A DNA stretch of 49,063 nucleotides, taken from positions 1 through 49,063 of the forward strand of contig JAHFIC010000002.1 of assembly GCA_023246555.1 (NCBI GenBank). Reading direction: 5' to 3'. This document shows positions 1 to 8,849 of this stretch, piece by piece. Made by a program: the position numbers and the translations under genes. Every line of letters starts with the position of its first letter. Within the stretch, counting starts at the first letter, position 1. This DNA comes from Candidatus Magasanikiibacteriota bacterium. GTDB taxonomy: Bacteria; Patescibacteriota; Patescibacteriia; Magasanikbacterales; UBA922. The notes beneath the pieces were generated by a model. The model made no database searches. It had not been told where the DNA came from and worked only from the letters and a program-made list of their open reading frames with translations.

Positions 1-318
1 TCGGAGTTTGTCCATTGTTAGGTCCCCCTCGTGCACCGCAAGAACATTCGGGAAGGGGTGGCAGGGGAAGACGCGACTCCGGACGGTTTTATACACCGCG
101 ATATCAAAGCCCTTCTCAAAGGCCGCTTTGACGAATGAGCTGTTCAAAAGGGGTCCGGGCGGAATGCCGAATGGCGCGTACACTTTGTGGCCGTGAAAGT
201 CGTATTGCGGTTCGCCTGCCGGCTCTAATTTTTTTCCGTCCGCAAATGCGCCAAACGGCCCCTCGCCATAGTTTTCATCGTATGATTTGGTCGGGTCGTA
301 AAATGGTTCATGCAACAT
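1..318 (-). CDS. PyrD-family (dihydroorotate dehydrogenase-like) protein; N-terminal 106 codons, continues past the window edge
   Basis: Own translation of the minus strand, with ATG at 318..316: MLHEPFYDPTKSYDENYGEGPF...HKVYAPFGIPPGPLLNSSFVKAAFEKGFDIAVYKTVRSRVFPCHPFPNVLAV. The FGIPxGPLxNS / YKTV pattern fits the N-terminus of PyrD-type flavin TIM-barrel enzymes. It lies 12 nt downstream of pyrC on the same strand. It is absent from the ORF track because its stop is outside the window. Confidence 0.5.
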   Translation of the reverse strand, partial: MLHEPFYDPTKSYDENYGEGPFGAFADGKKLEPAGEPQYDFHGHKVYAPFGIPPGPLLNSSFVKAAFEKGFDIAVYKTVRSRVFPCHPFPNVLAVHEGDLTMDKLR

Positions 319-330
319 ACATTTCAAATT

Positions 331-388
331 CTATTTTCTCCCGCCCTTGGCGGGACCCCGCCTACTGGCGGTGGTACTCTCTACTTTC
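331..388. repeat. 58-nt double-hairpin element, copy A (forms the pyrC C-terminal tail and stop codon)
   Basis: CTATTTTCTCCCGCCCTTGGCGGGACCCCGCCTACTGGCGGTGGTACTCTCTACTTTC. About 85% identical to 6740-6797. Confidence 0.85.
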
Positions 389-1512
389 TTACCACGTAAG
401 ACAGTGTATGCGGGCCATCCGACAAGTTCCCATCCTTCAAACGGCGACCAGCCGCACTTTGTTTTGAATGTACTGCCACGGACAGGACGTACGGTATTCA
501 TGTCGACGACAACCGTATCGTCATTTGAGGGTAGGTCAAAAAATTTTTCGGCATTTGTTCTCGTCACTGCCATGAATCGATCGAGTGTGAGTTTTCCATC
601 GCGCACCGCCGTGAGCAGAAGTGGCAGGAGCGTCTCAATGCCTGGGACGCCCGAAGGCGCTTTCCCGTAAGGTTGGCCTTTTTCTTCGAGCGTGTGCGGG
701 GCATGGTCGGTGCCAATGGTATCAATCGTACCATCCATGAGTCCTTCCCACAACGCGGCTTGGTCTTCGGGTGTGCGAAGCGGCGGATTCATCTGCGCTT
801 TCGTGCCAAGTGTTTCGTAGGCAGATTCATTCAAGAAGAGATGATGTGGCGTCGTTTCGAGTGCAATCGTGACGCCATCATGTTTTGCCTGGCGAATGAG
901 TGCTACCTCTTCTTTTGTCGATGCATGGAGGATATACAGTTTCGTGCCGTATTTTTTCCCCAGAGCAATGGCTTTTTTCATTGCGGTGATTGCCGCTTCA
1001 CGGCCGCGAATGCGCGAATGAACGCGAACATTGGTAAGCGACTCCGGCGATAGGGATGCCTTCAGGTTTTGCATGATTTTTTCGTCTTCCGCGTGTACGG
1101 CGACAATGGTGCCGAGGCGTGCGGCAGTGTGGCACACCTCTTCAAACGCGGTGTCATTGTCCATAAGTAGGTCCCCAGTGCTTTGTCCCAAAAATACTTT
1201 GATGCCGATATATCCGCCACGAGCGTTTTCAATTTCAGAAACAGTTTTTTCCGAAGCGCCGAGATAGAGTCCGTACCGCAGGGGGATGCCCACTTCGGCC
1301 AGCTGGGCGTCAATAAGGCGTTTTTTTTCTTCGAGTCGTTCCTTGGTCGTACACGCTGGATTATTATTCGGCATGTCGAGGACCGTCGTCACGCCTCCGG
1401 CAATCGCGGCCGCGGCGCCCGTCCGCCAGTCTTCCTTATGCTCGCCGCCGGGGACACGAAAATGAACATGCGGATCGATGAGTGCGGGGAGGGTAAGGAG
1501 AGCCGAGCTCAT
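331..1512 (-). CDS. pyrC: dihydroorotase
   Basis: Carries the LIDPHVHFR metal-binding motif and amidohydrolase-fold length. The preferred start at 1512 forms an ATGA overlap with the pyrI stop; the longest ORF would start at 1575. The last 19 codons and the TAG stop come from a repeat element (see findings). Confidence 0.9.
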   Translation of the reverse strand: MSSALLTLPALIDPHVHFRVPGGEHKEDWRTGAAAAIAGGVTTVLDMPNNNPACTTKERLEEKKRLIDAQLAEVGIPLRYGLYLGASEKTVSEIENARGGYIGIKVFLGQSTGDLLMDNDTAFEEVCHTAARLGTIVAVHAEDEKIMQNLKASLSPESLTNVRVHSRIRGREAAITAMKKAIALGKKYGTKLYILHASTKEEVALIRQAKHDGVTIALETTPHHLFLNESAYETLGTKAQMNPPLRTPEDQAALWEGLMDGTIDTIGTDHAPHTLEEKGQPYGKAPSGVPGIETLLPLLLTAVRDGKLTLDRFMAVTRTNAEKFFDLPSNDDTVVVDMNTVRPVRGSTFKTKCGWSPFEGWELVGWPAYTVLRGKKVESTTASRRGPAKGGRK

Positions 1513-1991
1513 ATACTGTTTGATCTCCGGATAAGCTCCTCTTGAGAGAATTTTTTTTCGCAATATCGACAACACAGCCAGAGATCTTTTTTTGCTTTGA
1601 TGGTCATGAAAGAGACCGTCATCGATTCATGATTCGTGATACAACTTGGATTGGGACACGGAAATAGCCGTTCAATGAGATCCGGCACTTCGACATGAAA
1701 TTTTTTGACGACTGCGTATTGCTTGATGATATTGATGGTCGCCTGTGGCGCGAGAATAGCAACTCGATTAACATCGTCTTTGGAGAGTTCAATTCCTTCA
1801 ACCTTCACCAAATCCTTGAGCGGCATTTTTTTACTTGGCAAATTGAGTCCTACCGTCACTTGTCGATGCTCTGCCGGCAATCGAAGAAGACGGATAATAT
1901 CAAGAGCATGACCGGCCGTTATGTGATCAATGACCGTTCCATTTTTTATGGCGGCGACAGAAAGAACCGCCTTATTTTTTGTTGTGGGCAT
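1509..1991 (-). CDS. pyrI: aspartate carbamoyltransferase regulatory chain
   Basis: VAAIKNGTVIDHI N-terminal motif and a C-terminal zinc domain (CPNPSCIT...CRYC). Sits directly after pyrB. Confidence 0.9.
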   Translation of the reverse strand: MPTTKNKAVLSVAAIKNGTVIDHITAGHALDIIRLLRLPAEHRQVTVGLNLPSKKMPLKDLVKVEGIELSKDDVNRVAILAPQATINIIKQYAVVKKFHVEVPDLIERLFPCPNPSCITNHESMTVSFMTIKAKKDLWLCCRYCEKKFSQEELIRRSNSI

Positions 1992-1996
1992 ATGGT

Positions 1997-2917
1997 TTAG
2001 AGTTTTCCTAACACTAAGCCAAGGAGAGCTTGGCGTATGTAGAGACCATTTTTTGCTTGTTCAAAATAGTAGGCGTATGGCGTTTGGTCGATTTGTGTAT
2101 CCATTTCGTACACCCGCGGCATGATATGGAGAATGCGCAAACTTTTTTTCGCATTCACCAGCGCAGATGTTTTAAGAAAAAAGGCATGCTTCAGTCCTTC
2201 GTATTCCAGCCGGTCGCTGAAGCGTTCTTCCTGCATACGGATCAGATAGAGAATATCCAACTTGGGGATGAGCCCCTCAAAATTTTCATGAAGAGAAAAT
2301 TTTATTTGGTGATATTTGAGCTCATCGCGAAATGCGTCTGGCAGTTGGACCGCTTCTGGCGCCACAAAATACAAACGAACGGAAAAATGTTTGAGTATTT
2401 GGACCAATGAGTGGATCCCTCGGCCGTATTTGAGATCGCCAACAATCGCAATCTGGAGACCATCCACCTTTTTTTGGCATGCTTTGATGGTATAAAGATC
2501 GATCAGCGCTTGTGTGGGGTGCTGGTTGCCGCCATCACCGGCATTGATGACGGGAATATCCACGGCTTCAGCGGCTCGTCGCGCCGCGCCTTCAAGATGG
2601 TGCCGGATAACAATGGCATCCGCATACTGGCTGACGATTTTTGTGGTGTCCGCGAGAGTTTCGCCTTTTTTTGTGGACGTGACACTCGGGTCGGCAAAGC
2701 CAATGACAGAACCACCGAGGCGGAGCATCGCCGTTTCAAAGGAAAGTCTGGTTCGAGTTGATGGTTCAAAAAAGCAGCTCCCGAGGACTCGTCCGTTCAG
2801 AATCGCCGGTTTTGGCTGCCTCTTTGATGCCTCTGCGACAGAAAGCACATGAAGAATGTCTTTCTTGGAAAGGTCATTCATTGACAGGATATCTCGATTT
2901 TTCCATTGATCGTGCAT
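1997..2917 (-). CDS. pyrB: aspartate carbamoyltransferase catalytic chain
   Basis: FFEPSTRTRLSFE signature and an HPTQ motif; 306 aa. Confidence 0.95.
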   Translation of the reverse strand: MHDQWKNRDILSMNDLSKKDILHVLSVAEASKRQPKPAILNGRVLGSCFFEPSTRTRLSFETAMLRLGGSVIGFADPSVTSTKKGETLADTTKIVSQYADAIVIRHHLEGAARRAAEAVDIPVINAGDGGNQHPTQALIDLYTIKACQKKVDGLQIAIVGDLKYGRGIHSLVQILKHFSVRLYFVAPEAVQLPDAFRDELKYHQIKFSLHENFEGLIPKLDILYLIRMQEERFSDRLEYEGLKHAFFLKTSALVNAKKSLRILHIMPRVYEMDTQIDQTPYAYYFEQAKNGLYIRQALLGLVLGKL

Positions 2918-2923
2918 AGGGGG

Positions 2924-5900
2924 TTATGATTGAAATTGCATAAACTCCTGCCATGATACCACAGAGATATTTTTTTCACGAAGCGTTGCTAGGCATTTCA
3001 AAAAAACTTCGGCAAATTGGGCATTGGTAATGAGCGGGATGTGATGGTCGATGGCACGGCGGCGGATCAAATAGCCATCGGTTTCGTGACGTCGCGTATC
3101 GTGTCTTGGAATGTTCACGATAAGGTCTATCGTTCGGTTCTCAATCGCGGTGGTAATATTCGGCTCAATTTCATCGCTGGCTTTAAACAAACATCTGGAT
3201 CCAATGCCGTGCGCTGACAAGACATCGTGGGTGCCCTCGGTGGCAGAAATATCCCAGCCGTTTTCTTCCAGTACGCGTATGAGCGGCACAAATTTTTCTT
3301 TCTCGTCACCTATTGAAACAAAAATGCGTTTTTTGGCGATGTGCTGTTCGGTCGCGAGCCAGGCAAGAAAAAACGCTTCTCCATAATTTTTTCCGATACA
3401 CGCGACTTCTCCGGTAGACGCCATCTCGACTCCAGCGATTGGATCTGAACCCTTCAGGCGTTGATAGGAAAATTGCGGCATTTTGACCCCGACATGGGAA
3501 AGCTCAAGCGTTTCATATGCAGGGGTGTCCGGCATGGATTTTTCGAGAAGCAAGCGGGTGGCAATATCGATGAAGTTGTGCCCCGTGACTTTTGAAACAA
3601 AAGGAAATGACCGTGACGCTCGAAGATTGCATTCGATCACTTTGAGGTCATGGTCTTTTGCAAGGAATTGAATATTAAACGGGCCAGTGACGTGAAGCGC
3701 TCGAACGATCCGCGCGGTAATCGCCTTGGCCCGGCGGATCGTTTCCAAATAGAGCCGTTGGGGAGGAAGAACAATCGTTGCATCCCCCGAGTGCACTCCG
3801 GCATGCTCGACGTGTTCAGAAATAGCTTGAATGACCACACTGCCATTGTTCGCTACTCCATCGATATCGAGTTCTTTTGCTTTGGTGATAAATTTTGAAA
3901 TGACGACCGGATGATCGGGCGAAAGTGTTGTTGCCGTATTGATGTAGGCGGTCAACTCCTCTTCAGAATACACCACATTCATTGCGGCGCCGGAAAGGAC
4001 GTACGATGGTCGCACGAGTACCGGATACCCGACCCGTGTGGAGAAGGCCTTAGCTCGAGGGAGAGTCGTTGCTTCCTCCCATGACGGCTGATCAATGTTC
4101 AAAGTAGTGAGAAGCGTGGAGAATACTTTTCTGTTTTCAGCTCGATCAATATTCTGTCCGGTTGTTCCGAGGATAGTATAGCCGTGTTTCGAAAGCGGCA
4201 AGGCAAGTGTATTTGCAATTTGTCCTCCCACAGAGACGATAATCCCCTTTGCCTGTTCAGCATCGGCAATATCTTGTATTCGCTCCAGCGTTAATTCTTC
4301 AAAATAGAGCCGGTCGGATTCATCATAATCAGTTGAAACCGTTTCGGGGTTGGAGTTGATGATGATCGTAGTTTCTTGAAGCGAACGTAGTGTCCTTGCG
4401 GTGTTGACAGCGCACCAATCAAACTCCACGGATGAGCCAATACAATATGGTCCGGAGCCGAGGACAATTATCGGCCGTTTTTTTGCGGGTGCAGAATCAT
4501 TGGTTTCACCATGATAGGTCGTGTATAAGTAATTTGTTTCGGCAGGAAACTCACCGGCAAGTGTATCAATATGCTTTACGACGGGCTGAATACCTAGGGT
4601 GATTCGGCGTTTTCGTATCGTGTCTTCGGTCAGATGTTTGATTCTTCCAATCGTTTTGTCAGAAAAGCCCATACACTTCGCGTTTCGGAACATGTCCGGA
4701 GTCAGCGCGTGTTTTTTCATCGCGTGTTTCGCCACGGCGATATTTTTTATGTGATACAGAAACCATCGGTCAATATGCGAAAGCCGGTGCGCGTGCTCGA
4801 CATCTCCGCCGCGCATAAAAAATTCCGCAAGAGCAAAAAGCCGGCGGTCAGTGGCTTCTCGGACCTCTTCTTCGTAGTTTGGGATCTGATGGGGATATTC
4901 TGTCACACCATCGGCGCCAATGTTGAGCATTCGTACCGCTTTTTGAAGGGCCTCGGGAAATGACCGTCCAATTCCCATCACTTCACCAACACTTTTCATT
5001 TCAGAACCGATACGTCGATCTGCGGATTTAAATTTTGTCAGATCCCAGCGCGGAATTTTCACCACAAGGTAATCAAGCGCGGGCTCAAAAAAGGCGCTGG
5101 TTTTTTTTGTGATTGCATTTTTGAGCTCATACAGACGGTAGCCAAGCGCGAGTTTCGCTGCCACAAAGGCAAGCGGATAGCCCGTGGCCTTGGACGCGAG
5201 GGCGGACGACCGAGAGAGCCGCGCGTTGATTTCAATCACGCGGTAGTCTCCATTTTTTGGGTTGAGCGCGTACTGGATATTGCACTCCCCGACAATGCCT
5301 AAGGCTCTGGCAGTGCGCAACGCAACCTCACGGAGCATGTGATATTCGGCATTCGTGAGTGTCTGCGATGGGGCGACAACAATACTCTCGCCCGTATGGA
5401 TCCCCATAGGATCCATATTTTCCATATTGCAGACGGTTATGGCATTATCATCGCAATCCCTCACAATTTCATATTCAATTTCTTTCCAACCACCAAGGTA
5501 TTCCTCGATCAATATTTGTGGAGCGCCCGCCAATGCCTCACCCGCCCGGTGTTTTAGTGCTTGCGGATCAAGGATTTTTCCTGATCCTAAGCCCCCAAGA
5601 GAGTATCCAGATCTCATCATAATGGGGTAGCCGATTTTTTGTGCGGCAAAAAGCGCCTCTTGAATCGTGGTTACAGCAATGCTTCTCGGTGTTGCGACAT
5701 CGATTTTTTTTAGGTATTGCTTGAAGAGTTCTCGGTCCTCGGTGCGTTTCATTGCGTCAATCGGAGTCCCAAGGACTGATACATGATATTTTTTTAGCAC
5801 CCCACTCTCTGCTAGCGCAAGTCCAAGGTTGAGCGCGGTTTGTCCGCCAAACCCAAGGAGAATGCCATCCGGCCTTTCTTTGTGAATAATCCGTGTAACT

Positions 5901-6124
5901 GATCCCGGATTGAGCGGTTCAAGGTAGAGTGTGTCTGCCATTGTTTTGTCTGTTTGAACGGTTGCAATATTTGGATTCACGAGCACGGTGCGGACACCCT
6001 CCTCTTTGAGCGCTTTGATGGCTTGAGAGCCAGAGTAATCGAATTCGCCAGCTTGGCCAATGCGTAATCCTCCGGATCCCAAGATCAAAACTTTTTTTGG
6101 AAGATTTTTCCTAAAGGAGGTCAT
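2924..6124 (-). CDS. carB: carbamoyl-phosphate synthase large subunit
   Basis: Duplicated ATP-grasp halves and the N-terminal KKVLILGSGGLRIGQAGEFDYSG motif. The start at 6124 (MTSFRKNLPKKVLILG) matches usual CarB N-terminal spacing; the longest ORF starts at 6145. Confidence 0.95.
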   Translation of the reverse strand: MTSFRKNLPKKVLILGSGGLRIGQAGEFDYSGSQAIKALKEEGVRTVLVNPNIATVQTDKTMADTLYLEPLNPGSVTRIIHKERPDGILLGFGGQTALNLGLALAESGVLKKYHVSVLGTPIDAMKRTEDRELFKQYLKKIDVATPRSIAVTTIQEALFAAQKIGYPIMMRSGYSLGGLGSGKILDPQALKHRAGEALAGAPQILIEEYLGGWKEIEYEIVRDCDDNAITVCNMENMDPMGIHTGESIVVAPSQTLTNAEYHMLREVALRTARALGIVGECNIQYALNPKNGDYRVIEINARLSRSSALASKATGYPLAFVAAKLALGYRLYELKNAITKKTSAFFEPALDYLVVKIPRWDLTKFKSADRRIGSEMKSVGEVMGIGRSFPEALQKAVRMLNIGADGVTEYPHQIPNYEEEVREATDRRLFALAEFFMRGGDVEHAHRLSHIDRWFLYHIKNIAVAKHAMKKHALTPDMFRNAKCMGFSDKTIGRIKHLTEDTIRKRRITLGIQPVVKHIDTLAGEFPAETNYLYTTYHGETNDSAPAKKRPIIVLGSGPYCIGSSVEFDWCAVNTARTLRSLQETTIIINSNPETVSTDYDESDRLYFEELTLERIQDIADAEQAKGIIVSVGGQIANTLALPLSKHGYTILGTTGQNIDRAENRKVFSTLLTTLNIDQPSWEEATTLPRAKAFSTRVGYPVLVRPSYVLSGAAMNVVYSEEELTAYINTATTLSPDHPVVISKFITKAKELDIDGVANNGSVVIQAISEHVEHAGVHSGDATIVLPPQRLYLETIRRAKAITARIVRALHVTGPFNIQFLAKDHDLKVIECNLRASRSFPFVSKVTGHNFIDIATRLLLEKSMPDTPAYETLELSHVGVKMPQFSYQRLKGSDPIAGVEMASTGEVACIGKNYGEAFFLAWLATEQHIAKKRIFVSIGDEKEKFVPLIRVLEENGWDISATEGTHDVLSAHGIGSRCLFKASDEIEPNITTAIENRTIDLIVNIPRHDTRRHETDGYLIRRRAIDHHIPLITNAQFAEVFLKCLATLREKNISVVSWQEFMQFQS

Positions 6125-7199
6125 AAAATTTTTGAAACAGACCATTTGTGTCTGTTGGTCCGGGGGTTGCTTCAGGATGAAATTGAACAGAAAAAAAGGG
6201 GAATGATTTGTGCGCGATGCCCTCGACTGAACCGTCGTTCAAGTTCCTAAAATTGACATACCAGCCGTTCGGCAGGCTTTGTTCATCCACTGCATAGCCG
6301 TGATTTTGGCTGGTGAGATAACACCGTTTCGTTTTTTCGTCTTGGCAGGGCTGATTATGTCCGCGGTGCCCGTAGGGAAGTTTATAGGTTTTTGCGCCGG
6401 CAGCAAGCGCCATGAGCTGGGAACCAAGGCAGATGCCGAAGATCGGTTTCTGATTTTTCATTACCTGTCGAAGAATTGCGATGGTGTCGGTGCATCGTGC
6501 CGGGTCTCCCGGGCCGTTCGAGAGAAGTACACCGTCAAATCTTTCACTGGTATAATCATAGTCATGCGGCACACGGTGAATGGTTACAGGAAATTCCTGT
6601 AGGCATCGGATCATGTTTTCCTTCATGCCACAGTCCACGGCAATGATAATTTTCTTCCCCTTCCCATACATTTTCTTTTTTCGTATGGAAACATTCGCAA
6701 CAAGATTCTCGCGATTCGGATCCAAAAAATTTCTATTTTCTATTTTCTCCCGCCTTGGGTGGGACCCCGTCCGCTGGCGGTGGTGCTTTCTACTTTTTCT
6801 GATAGCGCTCAGCATGACGCCAGATTCACGCAAATGACGGGTGAGCGCGCGCGTGTCGACACCGGTCAGGAGAGGAATACACTCGCGTTTCAGCCAAGAA
6901 AAAAGGGACTCTCGTCCCTCAATGTGGCTCCAGTTCTGACACGCTTCGGAAACGATCACCCCACGTGCATGGATTTTTTTTGATTCCCAGTGTCTTGAAT
7001 CCGGGACTCCATAATTGCCGATCAGCGGGTAGGTAAAAACAAGAATTTGACCTTCGTACGATGGATCGGTCAATGACTCTACATAGCCGGTCATGCCAGT
7101 GTTGAAAACAACCTCACCAAAAACGTCTTTTGGGGTAGTGGGGGAGGAGCCATGAAATGTCATGCCGTCTTTGAGCGTGAGTTCAGCAGGAAACATCAT
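6111..7199 (-). CDS. carA: carbamoyl-phosphate synthase small (glutaminase) subunit
   Basis: N-terminal CarA domain plus a class I glutamine amidotransferase with GICLG...H..E. The interdomain linker carries the 58-nt repeat element, translated as RKSRKHHRQRTGSHPRREKIENRN. Confidence 0.93.
   Translation of the reverse strand: MMFPAELTLKDGMTFHGSSPTTPKDVFGEVVFNTGMTGYVESLTDPSYEGQILVFTYPLIGNYGVPDSRHWESKKIHARGVIVSEACQNWSHIEGRESLFSWLKRECIPLLTGVDTRALTRHLRESGVMLSAIRKSRKHHRQRTGSHPRREKIENRNFLDPNRENLVANVSIRKKKMYGKGKKIIIAVDCGMKENMIRCLQEFPVTIHRVPHDYDYTSERFDGVLLSNGPGDPARCTDTIAILRQVMKNQKPIFGICLGSQLMALAAGAKTYKLPYGHRGHNQPCQDEKTKRCYLTSQNHGYAVDEQSLPNGWYVNFRNLNDGSVEGIAHKSFPFFSVQFHPEATPGPTDTNGLFQKFYDLL
6740..6797. 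repeat. 58-nt double-hairpin element, copy B (inside the carA linker, in a different reading frame)
   Basis: CTATTTTCTCCCGCCTTGGGTGGGACCCCGTCCGCTGGCGGTGGTGCTTTCTACTTTT, preceded by an extra CTATTTT at 6733-6739. Confidence 0.85.
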
Positions 7200-7200
7200 A

Positions 7201-7224
7201 AAAAAATATCCCGCCTAGCGGGAT
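7201..7224 (-). terminator. intrinsic terminator hairpin whose U7 tract runs into the carA ATG (possible attenuator)
   Basis: The minus-strand RNA reads AUCCCGC-UAG-GCGGGAU, then A and U7, then AUG of carA. It sits ~100 nt downstream of the gatB stop. Confidence 0.7.
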
Positions 7225-7320
7225 GAGTGTGTTTCGAAAAACGAAGATGTTTTCATATCCATTTCAGGGTATCAAGCGGGTGGGTGGGCGTCAACTGCAT
7301 TATCCACAGACAGGTCATAT

Positions 7321-8847
7321 TCAAACGATCTTTTCTCGAAGGAGTTTTTCTACCACCAGCGGATCTGCAGTGCCTTCGCTTTGTCGCATGACCATGCCGA
7401 CCAGAAATTTTAGTACCGGTTCTTTTCCCGATTTCCATTGCGCCACTTGCTCTGGAAATTTTTTGATAATATCATCAACCATAGCCCCCACCGCTCCAGC
7501 ATCACGTATCTGGCCATAGTGCTTTTCTTCCATGATATGCGTGGGATCCATATCTACCCCGGATTCAATCATTTCGAGAAGGATTTTTTGCGCGTTGGTG
7601 GAGTTGACCATATTGGTATAGATGAGCGAAATAAGCTCGGCAAAATTTTCTGGTGATACGCGAAGCGTTCGGATATCCTTTCTGCGCTCTGCGAGAAGTC
7701 CCATGAGTTTTGATGTCATCCAGCCGCCTGCGAGTCGGGCGGCTTTTGTCGTGGTTTCTTTATCCTTTGCTTTGATCCACGCGAAAAGCTCGGACATCAC
7801 GGCATCGGTAAATTCCGCCCATGGGGCATCTTCAGAGAGGAGTCGGGCATCACCGTACGAGAGGCCATACTCATTGTGAAATCGTTCGCGTTTTGCTTGC
7901 GGCAGCTCCGGTATTTTTAAGTCCCCTGCGATAGTAAGCGGATGAAAGGGCGGGATATCTGGTTCAGGAAAATAGCGATAATCAGCGGCATTTTCTTTGG
8001 TCCGTTGAAGAATCGTTTCTTCGTTTTTTTCATCCCAGCCGCGCGTTTGCTGCACCCAAGGTTCTTGTCTTTCAAGCATGCCGATTTGGCGTTTGATTTC
8101 AAAGTCAATCGCTTTTTCTACAGCCCGGAATGACCCCATGTTTTTTATTTCCACCTTTGGTTTCAGGGTATATCCAAGAAGCGGTTTCACGATACCGTCG
8201 ACAATTTCAAACCGTCCAGTGTCTTGCACCGAGACATTGGCTTCACAGCGCATATGCCCTTTTTCCATATCCGCATCAGAGATTTCAAGAGAGCGGAAAA
8301 GAGATCGAAGTTCTTGACAGTATACTTTCGCTTCGAGAGCGCTTTTGAAATCAGGATCGGTGACGATTTCAACAAGCGGCGTTCCAGCGCGATTGAAATC
8401 CACCAGACTAGCGTGAGATGCGTCGTGGATGAGCTTGGCCGTATCCTCTTCAAGATGCGCGCGAGTAATACCAATACGCGCCTCCTCGCGGAGATTGTCG
8501 CCGAGGGGAAAGGAAAGCGTCAGCCAGCCATGTTCAGCGATCGGTTCATCATATTGTGAAATCTGATATCCCTTGGGGAGATCAGGGTAAAAGTAATGCT
8601 TGCGGTCGAATTTTGAAACGTTGTTGATGGTGCAGTTGAGCGCTTTGCCAATCATAACCGTCCACGCGATCGCGGTTTTGTTTGGCGCCGGGAGCGTTCC
8701 TGGATGGGCAAGACAAATTTCACAAATATTGGTATTGGGTTCTTTGAGATCCGGATCATTTTTGCAAGAACAAAACATTTTGCTCTTGGTTTTGAGCTCT
8801 ACATGAACCTCCATGCCGATAATAGGGATGAAAGAAGGCGAGGGCAT
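7321..8847 (-). CDS. gatB: Asp-tRNA(Asn)/Glu-tRNA(Gln) amidotransferase subunit B
   Basis: IGMEVHVELKTKSKMFCSC motif and a GatB/YqeY C-terminal domain; 508 aa. Confidence 0.95.
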   Translation of the reverse strand: MPSPSFIPIIGMEVHVELKTKSKMFCSCKNDPDLKEPNTNICEICLAHPGTLPAPNKTAIAWTVMIGKALNCTINNVSKFDRKHYFYPDLPKGYQISQYDEPIAEHGWLTLSFPLGDNLREEARIGITRAHLEEDTAKLIHDASHASLVDFNRAGTPLVEIVTDPDFKSALEAKVYCQELRSLFRSLEISDADMEKGHMRCEANVSVQDTGRFEIVDGIVKPLLGYTLKPKVEIKNMGSFRAVEKAIDFEIKRQIGMLERQEPWVQQTRGWDEKNEETILQRTKENAADYRYFPEPDIPPFHPLTIAGDLKIPELPQAKRERFHNEYGLSYGDARLLSEDAPWAEFTDAVMSELFAWIKAKDKETTTKAARLAGGWMTSKLMGLLAERRKDIRTLRVSPENFAELISLIYTNMVNSTNAQKILLEMIESGVDMDPTHIMEEKHYGQIRDAGAVGAMVDDIIKKFPEQVAQWKSGKEPVLKFLVGMVMRQSEGTADPLVVEKLLREKIV

Positions 8848-8849
8848 GG

